Positions 38,129-48,785 of a stretch of 64,000 bases of DNA are shown piece by piece (the first letter of the stretch is position 1; every line of letters begins with the position of its first letter). The stretch comes from a virus: the IMG/VR virus record IMGVR_UViG_3300038701_001713; one strand, written 5' to 3'. Both the position numbers and the translations under genes were made by a program. The notes beneath the pieces were generated by a model, which saw only the letters and a program-made list of their open reading frames with translations, was not told the DNA's origin and searched no databases.

Positions 38129-39737
38129 TATCTATAAATCTTGTTCTTAATTGTGTACAGATAACATCATCGTCAGTATAAGGTGTGTCATTGTTCTGAC
38201 CAACCATTCTTATATCAAAGTTACTAGCCCAAAAGGAGCTAACACTAATTGTTTCTGTATTATGATATAGTAACTGCGCAGAAGAACCTGATAAACTCCA
38301 AGTGAATGTTTTAGTTACCTCAATAGTGTCAGCGTCTACTCTCTCTATATCTAAATCTACTTGAACCTCTTGAGCTACACCAGAGTTTGATGGTAAGTTT
38401 ACTAATACTTGGTCCCTAACGGATGATTGGAATATTTGAAAACCAACACCATGGCTCCTAGTGTTTGCTGCTATCGTGAATCTACCAGTAGCGTGTACCG
38501 TTTCTCCATCAGCTACTGGGTAAGTAGTAACGTTAAATGTTGATGATTTCAATGTTTCAACACTGCCAGAAGCCCCTGATGTTGTTCCGCTATCTGATAT
38601 TGAGTTGCTTATTTGGAAGAATTTATTGTCTACCAAGGCAGCTATAGCGGAAGTGTTGGCTGAAACCGCTGCGCTTAATGCGGTATCTACCGCTACGGTA
38701 TATGTAGTAGTAGAGCCTACAACGCTAGTTGTTATGTTTATATTACTTCCAGCTTGAACTACCGTTACAGAACTAGAGTTAGAGCCTGTGTTTACAAGCC
38801 TTACTTCTGTTCCACTAGTACAACCGCAGTCACATTGGGTTATTTCTTTTAACTTAGCATAATAAGTATCTGCCGCATCAAACTTACCGCAACTAATAGC
38901 TTGCTCAAATAACGATTTATAGGTAAGTATTGAAATAAGCCTATCATAATCAGATGTGGGTAGGGATTTAATGTTCGCCAACCCACCAACGTTACCCGCT
39001 GTAGTAAGTATATCATTAACCGTTGTGCTTATACAAGTATATAAAGCGCATAAATCAGTATCGCAGTTTATTAAGAATGTTTCTGTCCCTTTTACCCTTG
39101 CGTTTATAGTGAATATTCCACTAGTAACTGTTAGTGCGCTGTCTACGGTTACATCATATCCACCTGAATGGGTGAAGCTGTAAACGTTTTTGGCTGCACT
39201 CGTAGTTTGTGCGGTTTGCCCAGTGTTAGCTGGTGGGGTAACTGTGTGGCTTCTGGTTACAGTAAAATCAGGCGTTGCGGAAATACCCGTAACACTATAA
39301 TTTGTTGTGTCTGTAGAAGTAGCTACAAAAGTATAACAGTTGTTACTCCAAGTAATAGTTGGGTCATCTGGTACTGATGGGCAGAAGTTGAACGAGTTTC
39401 CTACGTTTTCATAATTACCTGCTTGTACAGCACCAACTACAGTTATGTAGTAAGAGAATGTATAAGTGTCCTTGACATAATCACCGTTAGCATCGGTAGG
39501 TATATTTATTGTATCAAAAACAAAACTAACACTTCCGTCAATGTCTGGAGAAGATATACTACCTGTGTGTATATTTCCGTTTACATTGTTGACTATGTTA
39601 AAGTAACCAGTTACGTCAGCGAGAGTAATACCCTCACCAACGTAATCGGTTGTGTCTTCTAGTACAAATTTTCCTACCGTAGAACTATCCTCGTCTAAAT
39701 CGAATAGTACGGTAAAACTTGGTGATGTTAATGCCAA
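38121..39737 (-). CDS. virion structural protein (tail/collar)
   Basis: Thr/Ser-rich, Cys cluster CDCGC, structural operon. Confidence 0.55.
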   Translation of the reverse strand: MALTSPSFTVLFDLDEDSSTVGKFVLEDTTDYVGEGITLADVTGYFNIVNNVNGNIHTGSISSPDIDGSVSFVFDTINIPTDANGDYVKDTYTFSYYITVVGAVQAGNYENVGNSFNFCPSVPDDPTITWSNNCYTFVATSTDTTNYSVTGISATPDFTVTRSHTVTPPANTGQTAQTTSAAKNVYSFTHSGGYDVTVDSALTVTSGIFTINARVKGTETFLINCDTDLCALYTCISTTVNDILTTAGNVGGLANIKSLPTSDYDRLISILTYKSLFEQAISCGKFDAADTYYAKLKEITQCDCGCTSGTEVRLVNTGSNSSSVTVVQAGSNINITTSVVGSTTTYTVAVDTALSAAVSANTSAIAALVDNKFFQISNSISDSGTTSGASGSVETLKSSTFNVTTYPVADGETVHATGRFTIAANTRSHGVGFQIFQSSVRDQVLVNLPSNSGVAQEVQVDLDIERVDADTIEVTKTFTWSLSGSSAQLLYHNTETISVSSFWASNFDIRMVGQNNDTPYTDDDVICTQLRTRFIDNA

Positions 39738-39742
39738 TTGAC

Positions 39743-40843
39743 TTAGTTTTTAAGAATCTTAACCGCTTGTAGGTTGAGTGTCCTCAACTGTTTAGCGGCA
39801 TCATCATTTGTTCTTATGTGTTCAATAAGTTCTGTCTTCCACCGTTTTCCTTCTGGTTTGAAAAACTCAACAACACCATCTTTCTTAGTTTCATAGCAAA
39901 CCGCTTCTTTTGCCCTATCCCAGAATAAGTTAGCGGCTTCTAAGCAGTTATCCACCATTTCAACGGTCTTATCATTCATTTTTTCCAACTTCTCTTCAAA
40001 GTTGACAGACCTTCCATCTAATAGCTTAAGTAACGCTTTATAATCTTCATCGTTGTCTAAAAAGTGAGAACGAAGTTTTTCCATTGGGTCGGTATTGGAG
40101 AAAGAGCATATCTCTCGCCCATCTAGTAACCAACGGTCTTTTCCGTTACTGTGCTTTTGCGTTAAGTGCGCATCGTCTACACCTCTCTGTATATTACCCT
40201 TGGATATTGTCATAGGGTCTTTAAGGGTGTTCATAAAACCCTCTGGGTCTAATACAGCCTTATCAAATAAGTAAGACTTAACCTCATCGACTTCTTTGCC
40301 TATACAAGAAAATTCGTAGGCACCAGCGATTTGACGAGCTTCATCTTCATCCATGTTTTGTACAGTAGATAAACATGTTGCCAATAGGTTGCGTACTTTA
40401 TTTTTAGCTTTTGCTTTATCGGCAGCTACATACACCTCGTAGGATTTTTCAGCAGTGTCCTTACCTCGTGCTGGGCTGTCTACACACCTAGGGTTTAGGT
40501 ATAAGCATAGGTATTTTTCTATCTCGTGTTCACTTACTGGTTTTACCAAAGTGTTCCACATTTCCCGACTTCTATCTAAAGGAACTTGAACTTGCGCTCC
40601 ACCCCTTGTTTTTGACGTAGTAATACCACTAGTGGCGAAAATAAGCTCAACGGTACCTAAGTCTTTATACTCTACCCTAAATCTGTTTTGAATAGGTTTT
40701 TTAGGGGTGTGGATGTTTCCTTGTTTGTCAACTCGAACTTTATTATCCAACCATCTAAAATAAGTGGTTCCTTTAGGTTTTGGTACACCAAACATTTCAA
40801 TCACCTCTGCTACACTCTTCTCTTCTTTGTTTACTAGTATCAT
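39743..40843 (-). CDS. hypothetical protein downstream of capsid gene
   Basis: 366-aa ORF. Confidence 0.6.
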   Translation of the reverse strand: MILVNKEEKSVAEVIEMFGVPKPKGTTYFRWLDNKVRVDKQGNIHTPKKPIQNRFRVEYKDLGTVELIFATSGITTSKTRGGAQVQVPLDRSREMWNTLVKPVSEHEIEKYLCLYLNPRCVDSPARGKDTAEKSYEVYVAADKAKAKNKVRNLLATCLSTVQNMDEDEARQIAGAYEFSCIGKEVDEVKSYLFDKAVLDPEGFMNTLKDPMTISKGNIQRGVDDAHLTQKHSNGKDRWLLDGREICSFSNTDPMEKLRSHFLDNDEDYKALLKLLDGRSVNFEEKLEKMNDKTVEMVDNCLEAANLFWDRAKEAVCYETKKDGVVEFFKPEGKRWKTELIEHIRTNDDAAKQLRTLNLQAVKILKN

Positions 40844-40857
40844 TTATTTAAAAATAT

Positions 40858-40880
40858 GCAGGGGGCATAAAACCCCCTGC
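40858..40880 (-). terminator. terminator after major capsid gene
   Basis: GCAGGGGG/CCCCCTGC 8-bp stem. Confidence 0.7.
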
Positions 40881-40897
40881 GTTAATTAATCAATCAA

Positions 40898-42337
40898 TTA
40901 CGGCTTCTGAATAACGAAGTTGTTTGGTGCGCAACCATGCCATGCAATGTGCGAAGTAACACCGAACAATTGACCGTCTTGCTCAATAGTAGTCGCTCCG
41001 TTAGCTCGTTGCGTACCATCTAGGTTAGTTACGAACTCTTCTCGGCTACCGCCATATTCACTTGCGCGGTACTCGTATCCAATAGTAGGTTTCTCTGTTC
41101 CTGTTGATGGGTCTTTATACATTCCCATTGGACAGAAAATAGAGTACTCTGGGTAAGAATATCCAGCAGTTCCAGCACCTTTATTATCGTTAAGAGCATC
41201 TAGCTGCTTAAACATATAGGTGAAACCGCTTTTCTTCAAGCCCCATGCGCCAGTGTCTATCTTAATAGAGTTTGGCCCCATTTCGCTACCAGTGTTCATG
41301 TCGATAGTTGCTCCAGTTACTTTTTGAGTACCGTAGTCAATCAACACATCTTCATAGTCTTGGTAAGCATTAATACCTTGAAGCACCATGTACTCATTAG
41401 ATAAAGCCAAGTCACGGGTTAAGATATTCGTGATGTTATCGAAATCTTGAACCGTTCTAAAACCAGCAACAATGTTGTCCTCATAACCAAACTGCTCAAT
41501 CCAATCTATCATACCTTGAGTGGTAGTCATTGTTTGAGAAGTGTTTACAAAGTTATTTGAGTCTAAAGTCGTAAGTGTATTTGTGTTTGCTTTACCAAAC
41601 AATAAAGCGTTGTCACACTTCAATTTAAACCTACGCTCCATATCCCAATCAGCTACAACGTTAATGTTCTGCTCTCCCTCAAACGTGAAGTAAGTGCTAG
41701 TCACTAAAGAAGTACCAGAACGTCTGTTGTTCTCTTTGATGATTTGAAACTCATTTTCGTAGTCGATAATCAAAGGAACTCGACCTTCACCGTATCCATC
41801 ACCATCAGCATAAACGCTAGTGCTAATCATAATAGGTGTTCCATCAGGTAATGTCTGAATGTATGTCCCTAAGTCAAAATTAGAGTTCGTTGGTCTAAGC
41901 GTGAAGCGATGCGGGTTGGTTGCCGTGTTCTTAAGAGTAATAAGGGCTTGCTCTCCGTTAGGGAAAATAAGCAACTCATTCTTAATAGGGTAAGAGTAAT
42001 TTACACCCGCAACAGTGTACATACCTGTAGTGTCTGTTGCTACGATTACGTCTGTACCTTGACCAGTACCTGAAACGAAAGCACCTTTTACAAAGTGTTC
42101 TATTTCACGGCCTTTTTCAAAGTGACCAGTTGTTGCCGTGTCAGAACCACGTGAGTAACCCCAAGTACGTATCAAGTCACGAAGCCCTATTGCGCTTTTG
42201 TAACGCATTTTAAGCTCCATTTGTTGAGGGTATGGGGTTTGATAAAACGATAGGGTTTGGGCTTCGGAGTTTGTTCCCGAAACACCTGATGGAGACCTAA
42301 ATTGACCTCCTGTTACTGCTGGATTATATTGTGCCAT
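40898..42337 (-). CDS. major capsid protein
   Basis: 479 aa after scaffold and portal; ENEFQIIKE, DNALLFG, TTTQGMIDWI motifs; followed by terminator. Confidence 0.85.
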   Translation of the reverse strand: MAQYNPAVTGGQFRSPSGVSGTNSEAQTLSFYQTPYPQQMELKMRYKSAIGLRDLIRTWGYSRGSDTATTGHFEKGREIEHFVKGAFVSGTGQGTDVIVATDTTGMYTVAGVNYSYPIKNELLIFPNGEQALITLKNTATNPHRFTLRPTNSNFDLGTYIQTLPDGTPIMISTSVYADGDGYGEGRVPLIIDYENEFQIIKENNRRSGTSLVTSTYFTFEGEQNINVVADWDMERRFKLKCDNALLFGKANTNTLTTLDSNNFVNTSQTMTTTQGMIDWIEQFGYEDNIVAGFRTVQDFDNITNILTRDLALSNEYMVLQGINAYQDYEDVLIDYGTQKVTGATIDMNTGSEMGPNSIKIDTGAWGLKKSGFTYMFKQLDALNDNKGAGTAGYSYPEYSIFCPMGMYKDPSTGTEKPTIGYEYRASEYGGSREEFVTNLDGTQRANGATTIEQDGQLFGVTSHIAWHGCAPNNFVIQKP

Positions 42338-42342
42338 TTGTA

Positions 42343-43449
42343 TTATTTAAAACCGAGCATCTTATCTAACATACCTATTTCAGGCTCGTAAGACGTTCGG
42401 TTGTTATTTTTTTGTTTTACTGTTTCTTTTCTAGGCGCAACATTCAACTCTGCTCGGACAGCTTCTTCTATCTTGTCGCTTACAGTGTTGGTTAATGCAC
42501 TTAGAATTTTTGATTTGTTAGCGTTAAAGTACTGCGCTCTTACCACTTCGTGTAAAAACCCTAACCCTTTTTGGTCTAACGTTAAATTATTTTTCTTCAC
42601 AACATCTGCCGCCATATCTAAATACTGCGGAAGTTCTTGGTCAGACATATCATAACTAAACGGAATTTCAAGTTCTTTTCCGTTTACGTTTGCTTTAAGG
42701 TTATCTTCTAACAACTTAAAGTCTTTAAGCAAAGCTGGCTTCGCAGCATCTACTTTATCATAAAACTCCTTTTGCGCAACTTTCTGTGCCTCCACATCTG
42801 GTCGCTTTAAGAGGTCTTTTTTATATTTTCCTAAAAACTCTACACTTTCTTTACTTTCAAGCCTAAGTCTTTTTTGTTCTCTTTCGATTTTCTTTTCAAC
42901 CTTAGCAACTTCTGCCTCATCATCTTCATCGAAGTCATAGTCTGATTTATCCAACTTATAGTTAAGCTCTATATAATCATCTATATCTGCCTTATCCCAA
43001 CCCTTCTCTAGTTGAAGTTGGTATTTCTTTGCCTCTAGTGGGTTTATTGTTTCTAGGTCTAGTGTTTGGAGTTTTAAATATGCTTCAAACTTAGCTGGGT
43101 CTGCTCCAGTTTTAGCTAATTCGTTAAGGTCTTTTATTGCATCGTTAGCGTATGGGTTTATATTAACCTGCGCCTCTAACTCTTTAATCTTGCTTTCGTA
43201 AGATTGACTAGCTTCCTTTAACTTACCATACTCATCAAATATTGATGGGTTCTCTTTAATGGTCGTAACAAACTTTTCAGCAGTGTCTTTTTCCAAACCA
43301 TATTCCTCAAACCAAGATTTATTTTCTTCAACCTTTGGTTTTTCGGTTTCTTTTTCTTTACTTTGCTCTTGAGGTTCAGTTTTCTGCTCCTCTGGCGTAG
43401 CTATTTCAAGCTCCTTACCTTCCTCCATCATTTCTCCTAACTTTCCCAT
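42343..43449 (-). CDS. capsid scaffolding protein
   Basis: Acidic coiled-coil between portal and MCP. Confidence 0.7.
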   Translation of the reverse strand: MGKLGEMMEEGKELEIATPEEQKTEPQEQSKEKETEKPKVEENKSWFEEYGLEKDTAEKFVTTIKENPSIFDEYGKLKEASQSYESKIKELEAQVNINPYANDAIKDLNELAKTGADPAKFEAYLKLQTLDLETINPLEAKKYQLQLEKGWDKADIDDYIELNYKLDKSDYDFDEDDEAEVAKVEKKIEREQKRLRLESKESVEFLGKYKKDLLKRPDVEAQKVAQKEFYDKVDAAKPALLKDFKLLEDNLKANVNGKELEIPFSYDMSDQELPQYLDMAADVVKKNNLTLDQKGLGFLHEVVRAQYFNANKSKILSALTNTVSDKIEEAVRAELNVAPRKETVKQKNNNRTSYEPEIGMLDKMLGFK

Positions 43450-43485
43450 TGCTTATTATTGCTATTATGTAAATCAATTTTTTAC

Positions 43486-45876
43486 CTAATTCGTTCCTTG
43501 TAGGCTCGCTTTATTTGCTTGAGCAGCCATTACGTCATATTGTTCTCTTAATAAATCAGCGTTTATCTTCTTGTCTGCTATCTGGGTTTGTATCTGCCCT
43601 TTAACTATTTCTTCTTCAATAGCTGACCTTCCCCTAGCTAATTCTACTTGAATATCTGCTTTCATTTTAGCTTCAATTTCCTGTAGTTTGGATTGTGAGG
43701 CTGATTGGTTGGACGCTATTTGACGTTGGGTGTTCGCTTCGTCTATCTGCTGTTGGCGTTGAGCGTCAATATCTCTTTGTTCCGCCACTGCATTTGATAG
43801 CATTAAGATTGCTGAATCAATATTTCCAGTTCTTATCTCTTCTGTTATCTTTAAATAAGAATCTATGCTAATACCACCAGTTCCACCACTTGCTAGGTTA
43901 GCCTCCCATAATTGGGATACTCTATCCATTAAAGCTTGACGCTCTCCAGCGGAAGGCATTATCTTAACATATAGACCGAAAGCTCTAAACGAAATGTCTT
44001 TAGTTACCTTTAACGTATCGTATCCTTTTCTTCCAATAGCCTTTATCAATCCCTCGTACTGCATGTACTCCCCTACATATTGCCATTTGGTTATGGCAGT
44101 TTCTAGGGTGGTTTGATATATTTGTTTACCAGCGTCCAATACTGGTCTGAAAATATCGTTTGTAGACGACACAGACATTTCAGCTATTCCCAATCCTACC
44201 CTTGCGGCTGGTGTAGTACCATCTGTTATTTCGTTAACACCAGTTACCTGTCTGATTTGATTGATGTTATACTCTATTTGCTGCTGGATTGAGTTTATCT
44301 CGTTATATACATCAATGTTTATCGCTTCTAACGGATTGGAGTTTGGTGCTACCAAATCTTCATCTGGGAGTTTGCTCCTGTAAAGCAACATACCTGTTTG
44401 AGAGAATAAGTCGTAGGCATCCATAGGGTCTATCTTGACACCCCCAAGAACAACGTTCTCCATTACCGCCATATCCATTTTAAACCTTGGGGAAGGCGGT
44501 ATCTTAGAGTTTATTATTCTCCCTCTTAATGTAAGTAGTTGTATATCGTCTATAAACCCTATACACCTTTCAACTATCCCGCCTTCGTTTAATTTGAAAG
44601 TGTGGTAGTTTAATTGCGCTCTTCCTCCTTTTATTCTTCTTTGGGCTTGGCATTTCCCGATATTGAACACTACATCAGTTCCAACAACGTGCATACATTT
44701 GTGCGTGTACTCTGTTCTTGTTTCTTTTAACTCTCTACCTTTCTTTTTATCTGTATCAGTTAGATTGTAATCTATTGGCACCTCTTTGGATATTGTGTTG
44801 CCTGTTTTGGAGTGTTTGCTTATTTTCTTCTTAGATAAGTCGGTGGCTATAAACTCCATGTCAAACACAAGAACACGCATATCATCATATGGGTATCCCT
44901 CACGGTCAGTAGCGTAACGTTGAACATTTCCTAAGTTAGACCAAGAATTGTCCCATTTTTGATTTCCATATCTACCACCGTATTTTTCTGCTACATCTGT
45001 TAACTCTTCTTCGGATAACTCCGTTTCTTGCCTTAATTGACGGACGGTCATATATCTAAACTCCCCTGCCATATCAGCATCTCGGAAGTCAGCGTATTGG
45101 TCGTATTTTATTACGTAGTTGTTGGGGTCTACGTATCTTATCTTAGGTACGTTCTCGTGGTCGAAATAATTCTTAACAACAGCCATACCTAGTATATCTA
45201 GATCTTCATATGTCATTTTTCTTATCTCGTGAAACTTGCTTACCTGCTCTGTTAGTCGTAAACAATTATAAAGGAGTGCTTCTATTTCTAACTTAAACCC
45301 TCCAGAAGCAGCATAAGCATCTACTTGTTGTGCGCTCTTAAACTCTAACTCATCTTTAGGTATATCTGCACCCGCTTGCCTTAGTAATTCTTTTGTCTCT
45401 TTAAACTCTTTATCTGCCTGTACTTTGTAGTATTTTTTTACAGCTTCTTTATCTGATAACGATTGACTGTCTATTGCCTCTACATCAGGCTTCATATCTA
45501 TATCTAGTACTTGACCTATACGTTTGCCAATAAACTTTGGCATTATTTGTACGTTATCAAAAGATATATTAAGAAGTGATGCTTTTGCTGTTTCTTTTAT
45601 TCCTAGGGCTTTCTTTAACTTAGGGCTTTCTATAATTGCATCACAAAGCCTATAATACTTATCTGTTGATTGCTTACCAGTAGCGTAAGCTCTTAGCTCT
45701 GCAAATGTTCTTTGCTTTTTACCAGTATAGTTAGGGTAGCAATTGTCGGACACATAATCACCTAAAAACGATTTTACGACAGATAGGTAAAATTGACTAT
45801 CGAATTTATCCCCATACATTCTTGGGTATCTGAACTGCTGTTTTAAATATTGTTCAGCGTGTTTATAGTCTATCAT
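43486..45876 (-). CDS. portal protein
   Basis: 796 aa after terminase; IRYVDPNN, IRQVTGVNEITDG, Q-rich C-terminus. Confidence 0.85.
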   Translation of the reverse strand: MIDYKHAEQYLKQQFRYPRMYGDKFDSQFYLSVVKSFLGDYVSDNCYPNYTGKKQRTFAELRAYATGKQSTDKYYRLCDAIIESPKLKKALGIKETAKASLLNISFDNVQIMPKFIGKRIGQVLDIDMKPDVEAIDSQSLSDKEAVKKYYKVQADKEFKETKELLRQAGADIPKDELEFKSAQQVDAYAASGGFKLEIEALLYNCLRLTEQVSKFHEIRKMTYEDLDILGMAVVKNYFDHENVPKIRYVDPNNYVIKYDQYADFRDADMAGEFRYMTVRQLRQETELSEEELTDVAEKYGGRYGNQKWDNSWSNLGNVQRYATDREGYPYDDMRVLVFDMEFIATDLSKKKISKHSKTGNTISKEVPIDYNLTDTDKKKGRELKETRTEYTHKCMHVVGTDVVFNIGKCQAQRRIKGGRAQLNYHTFKLNEGGIVERCIGFIDDIQLLTLRGRIINSKIPPSPRFKMDMAVMENVVLGGVKIDPMDAYDLFSQTGMLLYRSKLPDEDLVAPNSNPLEAINIDVYNEINSIQQQIEYNINQIRQVTGVNEITDGTTPAARVGLGIAEMSVSSTNDIFRPVLDAGKQIYQTTLETAITKWQYVGEYMQYEGLIKAIGRKGYDTLKVTKDISFRAFGLYVKIMPSAGERQALMDRVSQLWEANLASGGTGGISIDSYLKITEEIRTGNIDSAILMLSNAVAEQRDIDAQRQQQIDEANTQRQIASNQSASQSKLQEIEAKMKADIQVELARGRSAIEEEIVKGQIQTQIADKKINADLLREQYDVMAAQANKASLQGTN

Positions 45877-47933
45877 TTAAGCTCGTAAGTTTTAAAGAAT
45901 GATTGGTATCCTATAGCTTCTTTCTCTTGAAAAGTTGGTTTCTTCATATTGGCGAGTAAAGAAAACGCACATGCAATTGCTAAGTCATGTGTTCTTCTGT
46001 TATCCCCGTCCTGTGGATTAAACGTTAAAAGTTCGTTAATAATTTCAATGTGGTCTATTAGTTGCCCATAAGCTGCTACATAATGCATTAATTCAGTGCT
46101 ATATATACTTATTGTTTTTTCGTTTGACGGTAATCCCCTTTGCTTTTTACCTGATACTTTTCCAGCTTTAGCTGCTGGTACCTGCATAAAATGTCTTTTA
46201 CCCATTAGGTCAAACCAGTTCAAAATGCCAGGCTTGTTACTCTCTGGAAGCCCTTGACAACCGTAGAATTTCAACAACTTTAAACAATCTTCAAAAAACA
46301 TTAAAGGGTCAGCTTGACGGTAGTTGTATATGCAAACCCATTTACACGTTGACCATTTTGACCAAGCAATATCATTTCCATCAACTGATAAATCCCCTCT
46401 TCTAAATATTACTATAGCTCCGTCTGATTTCTTGTTAGACACACCCCTGTGGTCGTAAGGGTCAATTCCAGCGCAATACTCATGTATGTTAGCAGGTCTT
46501 TCCAATCCACCATCCCAAATAGTTTTATTGGGTTCGTCTGGCATTTGGGTTATCTTAACTGGGCCAGATGGGTCGTCAAAGAACTCAACATCCATATCAA
46601 GGAAGTTATCCCTTCCGTTATCTTTCCATTTTAACCAACCCGTTCTTACTGGGGTTTTTGTTAAGATAGGGTTATTATCCGCATCAAGGGCGTTGCGTAA
46701 TTGATATGCTCTTGTTTGTAGTTTTTTAGGGTCTAGTAATGCGTCTTCTTGGTTGGATTGAAAGCAGTCTGATATTGACATTGGCTCCAACCTTTGTAAA
46801 GATATTGCCTCCTGTCCGTCACCTTCTGCATAATACCTTTCTATTTCTTCTCTTCTTTGCTCTATGTATTTTTCCTTCATAGGCATTCCGAACTCATCAT
46901 GCTCTGCTGCTTCGTCTGCGGTTATGAGTACGCTTATTAAACCACTTTTTGTTCTGCCGTTATTAGTAGTGGACGGTAATCCGTCATTGAAGAACTCTTT
47001 AGTCCACTCTAATTGCTTCTCGGTAGCTGTTGCTTCCATAGTGGAAACATAAAGTGCCTTACCGACTATCTTAGCACCATTCTCAATATGGTAAGTTCTC
47101 TTAAGTGTTTTCCAGTGGTTCTTAGGTCTTACGTCTGTTTTTGCCCACTCGTCCTCCAATGATGTCTTGGTTCTACCACCATCACCTTGTCCTTCGGTAA
47201 CAGCAAGCGGTACTATAATTGATTGTATGCCTTCTACAATATCCCCATCCTCATCTTCTAAAACATTATAATCTTCCTTGTCTTTTTCTGACATTCGAGA
47301 AGTATCGGGCTTGTCTAGTGTTAGGTTGTTCTTTGGTATTTTTGCGCCAGTGTGCATTGGTTTGAAGTACCACATCATTTTCCGATGGGCTTTAACTATT
47401 TCACCAAGCAGCCTTTCTTTTGATTCTTTCTCCGTCTTGTGCCTTACGAAGTGTTGGGTGTTTTTAATTCTTGACGCTCTTTCGTAAACTATACATTCAG
47501 CTATAGCCGACAGACCGAAACGTCTACCCTTAAGCACACATATTCCATAAGCATTATCATCTTCAACTACGTGTTCCCATAACGCGAAGAACTTACGTTG
47601 CCCATCCCTATAATCAGGCTTGAACCCAGTGTTTAACGTCCAGTAGTTTAAAAAGTAATAGTAAGAGCCAGATATGTATGTTGCGGTTCCATTGATGTAA
47701 ACCCATACGCCATTAACCCTTTTATCCCATTCTCCAAAAACAAATTCATCCTGTCTTTCTCTGTTCCACTTATCTAAGTCGTGTGGGATTTCGGTCTTAT
47801 AAAACTTCTGCTGCCTCTTAGGTAAGTCCCAGTTAAGTATTTTTTTCTTAGGTGGTTTTTTTGGCACTGGAACGTCATAGCCCCATATGTGTTCTATAGG
47901 GGGTGTGTTGCTATATGATTTTATATAACTCAT
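45873..47933 (-). CDS. terL: terminase large subunit
   Basis: KGRRFGLS Walker A-like motif, LEDEWAK Walker B, nuclease GIDPYD, PESNK, HDLAIA. Confidence 0.92.
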   Translation of the reverse strand: MSYIKSYSNTPPIEHIWGYDVPVPKKPPKKKILNWDLPKRQQKFYKTEIPHDLDKWNRERQDEFVFGEWDKRVNGVWVYINGTATYISGSYYYFLNYWTLNTGFKPDYRDGQRKFFALWEHVVEDDNAYGICVLKGRRFGLSAIAECIVYERASRIKNTQHFVRHKTEKESKERLLGEIVKAHRKMMWYFKPMHTGAKIPKNNLTLDKPDTSRMSEKDKEDYNVLEDEDGDIVEGIQSIIVPLAVTEGQGDGGRTKTSLEDEWAKTDVRPKNHWKTLKRTYHIENGAKIVGKALYVSTMEATATEKQLEWTKEFFNDGLPSTTNNGRTKSGLISVLITADEAAEHDEFGMPMKEKYIEQRREEIERYYAEGDGQEAISLQRLEPMSISDCFQSNQEDALLDPKKLQTRAYQLRNALDADNNPILTKTPVRTGWLKWKDNGRDNFLDMDVEFFDDPSGPVKITQMPDEPNKTIWDGGLERPANIHEYCAGIDPYDHRGVSNKKSDGAIVIFRRGDLSVDGNDIAWSKWSTCKWVCIYNYRQADPLMFFEDCLKLLKFYGCQGLPESNKPGILNWFDLMGKRHFMQVPAAKAGKVSGKKQRGLPSNEKTISIYSTELMHYVAAYGQLIDHIEIINELLTFNPQDGDNRRTHDLAIACAFSLLANMKKPTFQEKEAIGYQSFFKTYELK

Positions 47934-48484
47934 TTAGCGTCCTCTACAGCTAGTCTTTCTGCAAATTGTCTTTTTCTACCAGCTACCGCTCTTGATACTA
48001 AAGATTTTAGTTGAGGGTCTTGGAATAGTTTTACTTCGGTTTTTGCTAAGTTGTTTGCCATATCTATTAGCTTTGTAGATATTTCGGCTTTAGTCTTAGT
48101 GTCCGACACCATATTCTTGGAATCTATCGGAAGGGTTAGCTGGTAACTAACATCATCGTAAGCAAGTAACTGTGTGTACCAAAGTTTGAAATAGATGTTA
48201 TTCTCCATGGAAAACAATCTATGCACCATTCTATTGATGTCTTTGTCGTATTGTATCTTTTCGGTGTACTCAACACCTGATAACTCGCACGACTTTTTAA
48301 CCCTTATTTCATGGTCTTTGTAGTCTTTGTATATTGGGGATGCTGCCGTGGATAGCATTATAGCCATCCTTACTTTTTCTATCGGCTGTTCTTTGAACTC
48401 GTCGTACTCAAATAAGTCTGGGTACTCTTTCTTTAAATTCTTCTCTAAAGGGTTATATTGCAGTTCCTTCCACCTCGTATCCAT
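47930..48484 (-). CDS. possible terminase small subunit
   Basis: Position directly upstream of terL; helical. Confidence 0.35.
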   Translation of the reverse strand: MDTRWKELQYNPLEKNLKKEYPDLFEYDEFKEQPIEKVRMAIMLSTAASPIYKDYKDHEIRVKKSCELSGVEYTEKIQYDKDINRMVHRLFSMENNIYFKLWYTQLLAYDDVSYQLTLPIDSKNMVSDTKTKAEISTKLIDMANNLAKTEVKLFQDPQLKSLVSRAVAGRKRQFAERLAVEDAK

Positions 48485-48785
48485 CCAACAGTTCTTTTAT
48501 CTTAGCGAACACTTTCACACCTTTTGGAGATAGTGAGTAAAGTGCGGGGATACCTTTGCTTCTAATATCCTTTCTCGCTTTATATATAAGCTTCTGTTGT
48601 TCTAACGAATTAACTGCTCTTCTAGTTTCAGAAATGGTTTTAAAATGTAAACTATCATGTATTCTTTCCGTGCTTAAACACAGACCGATAGCTGAATTGA
48701 TAGCTCCTATGTGAATTAATATAACACCTTCCGATATTGGTAAGTCTACTTCTTTTAAAGCTTTTGGAAGGTATTGTATTGTCAT
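48453..48785 (-). CDS. winged-helix (MarR-like) DNA-binding protein
   Basis: TRRAVNSLEQQKLIYK...YSLSPKG wing pattern. Confidence 0.55.
   Translation of the reverse strand: MTIQYLPKALKEVDLPISEGVILIHIGAINSAIGLCLSTERIHDSLHFKTISETRRAVNSLEQQKLIYKARKDIRSKGIPALYSLSPKGVKVFAKIKELLDGYEVEGTAI

Noticed and set aside
21535-47487. Many plus-strand ORFs of 60-135 aa within the structural region
   Set aside because: Antisense shadows of long minus-strand genes with no independent signals.
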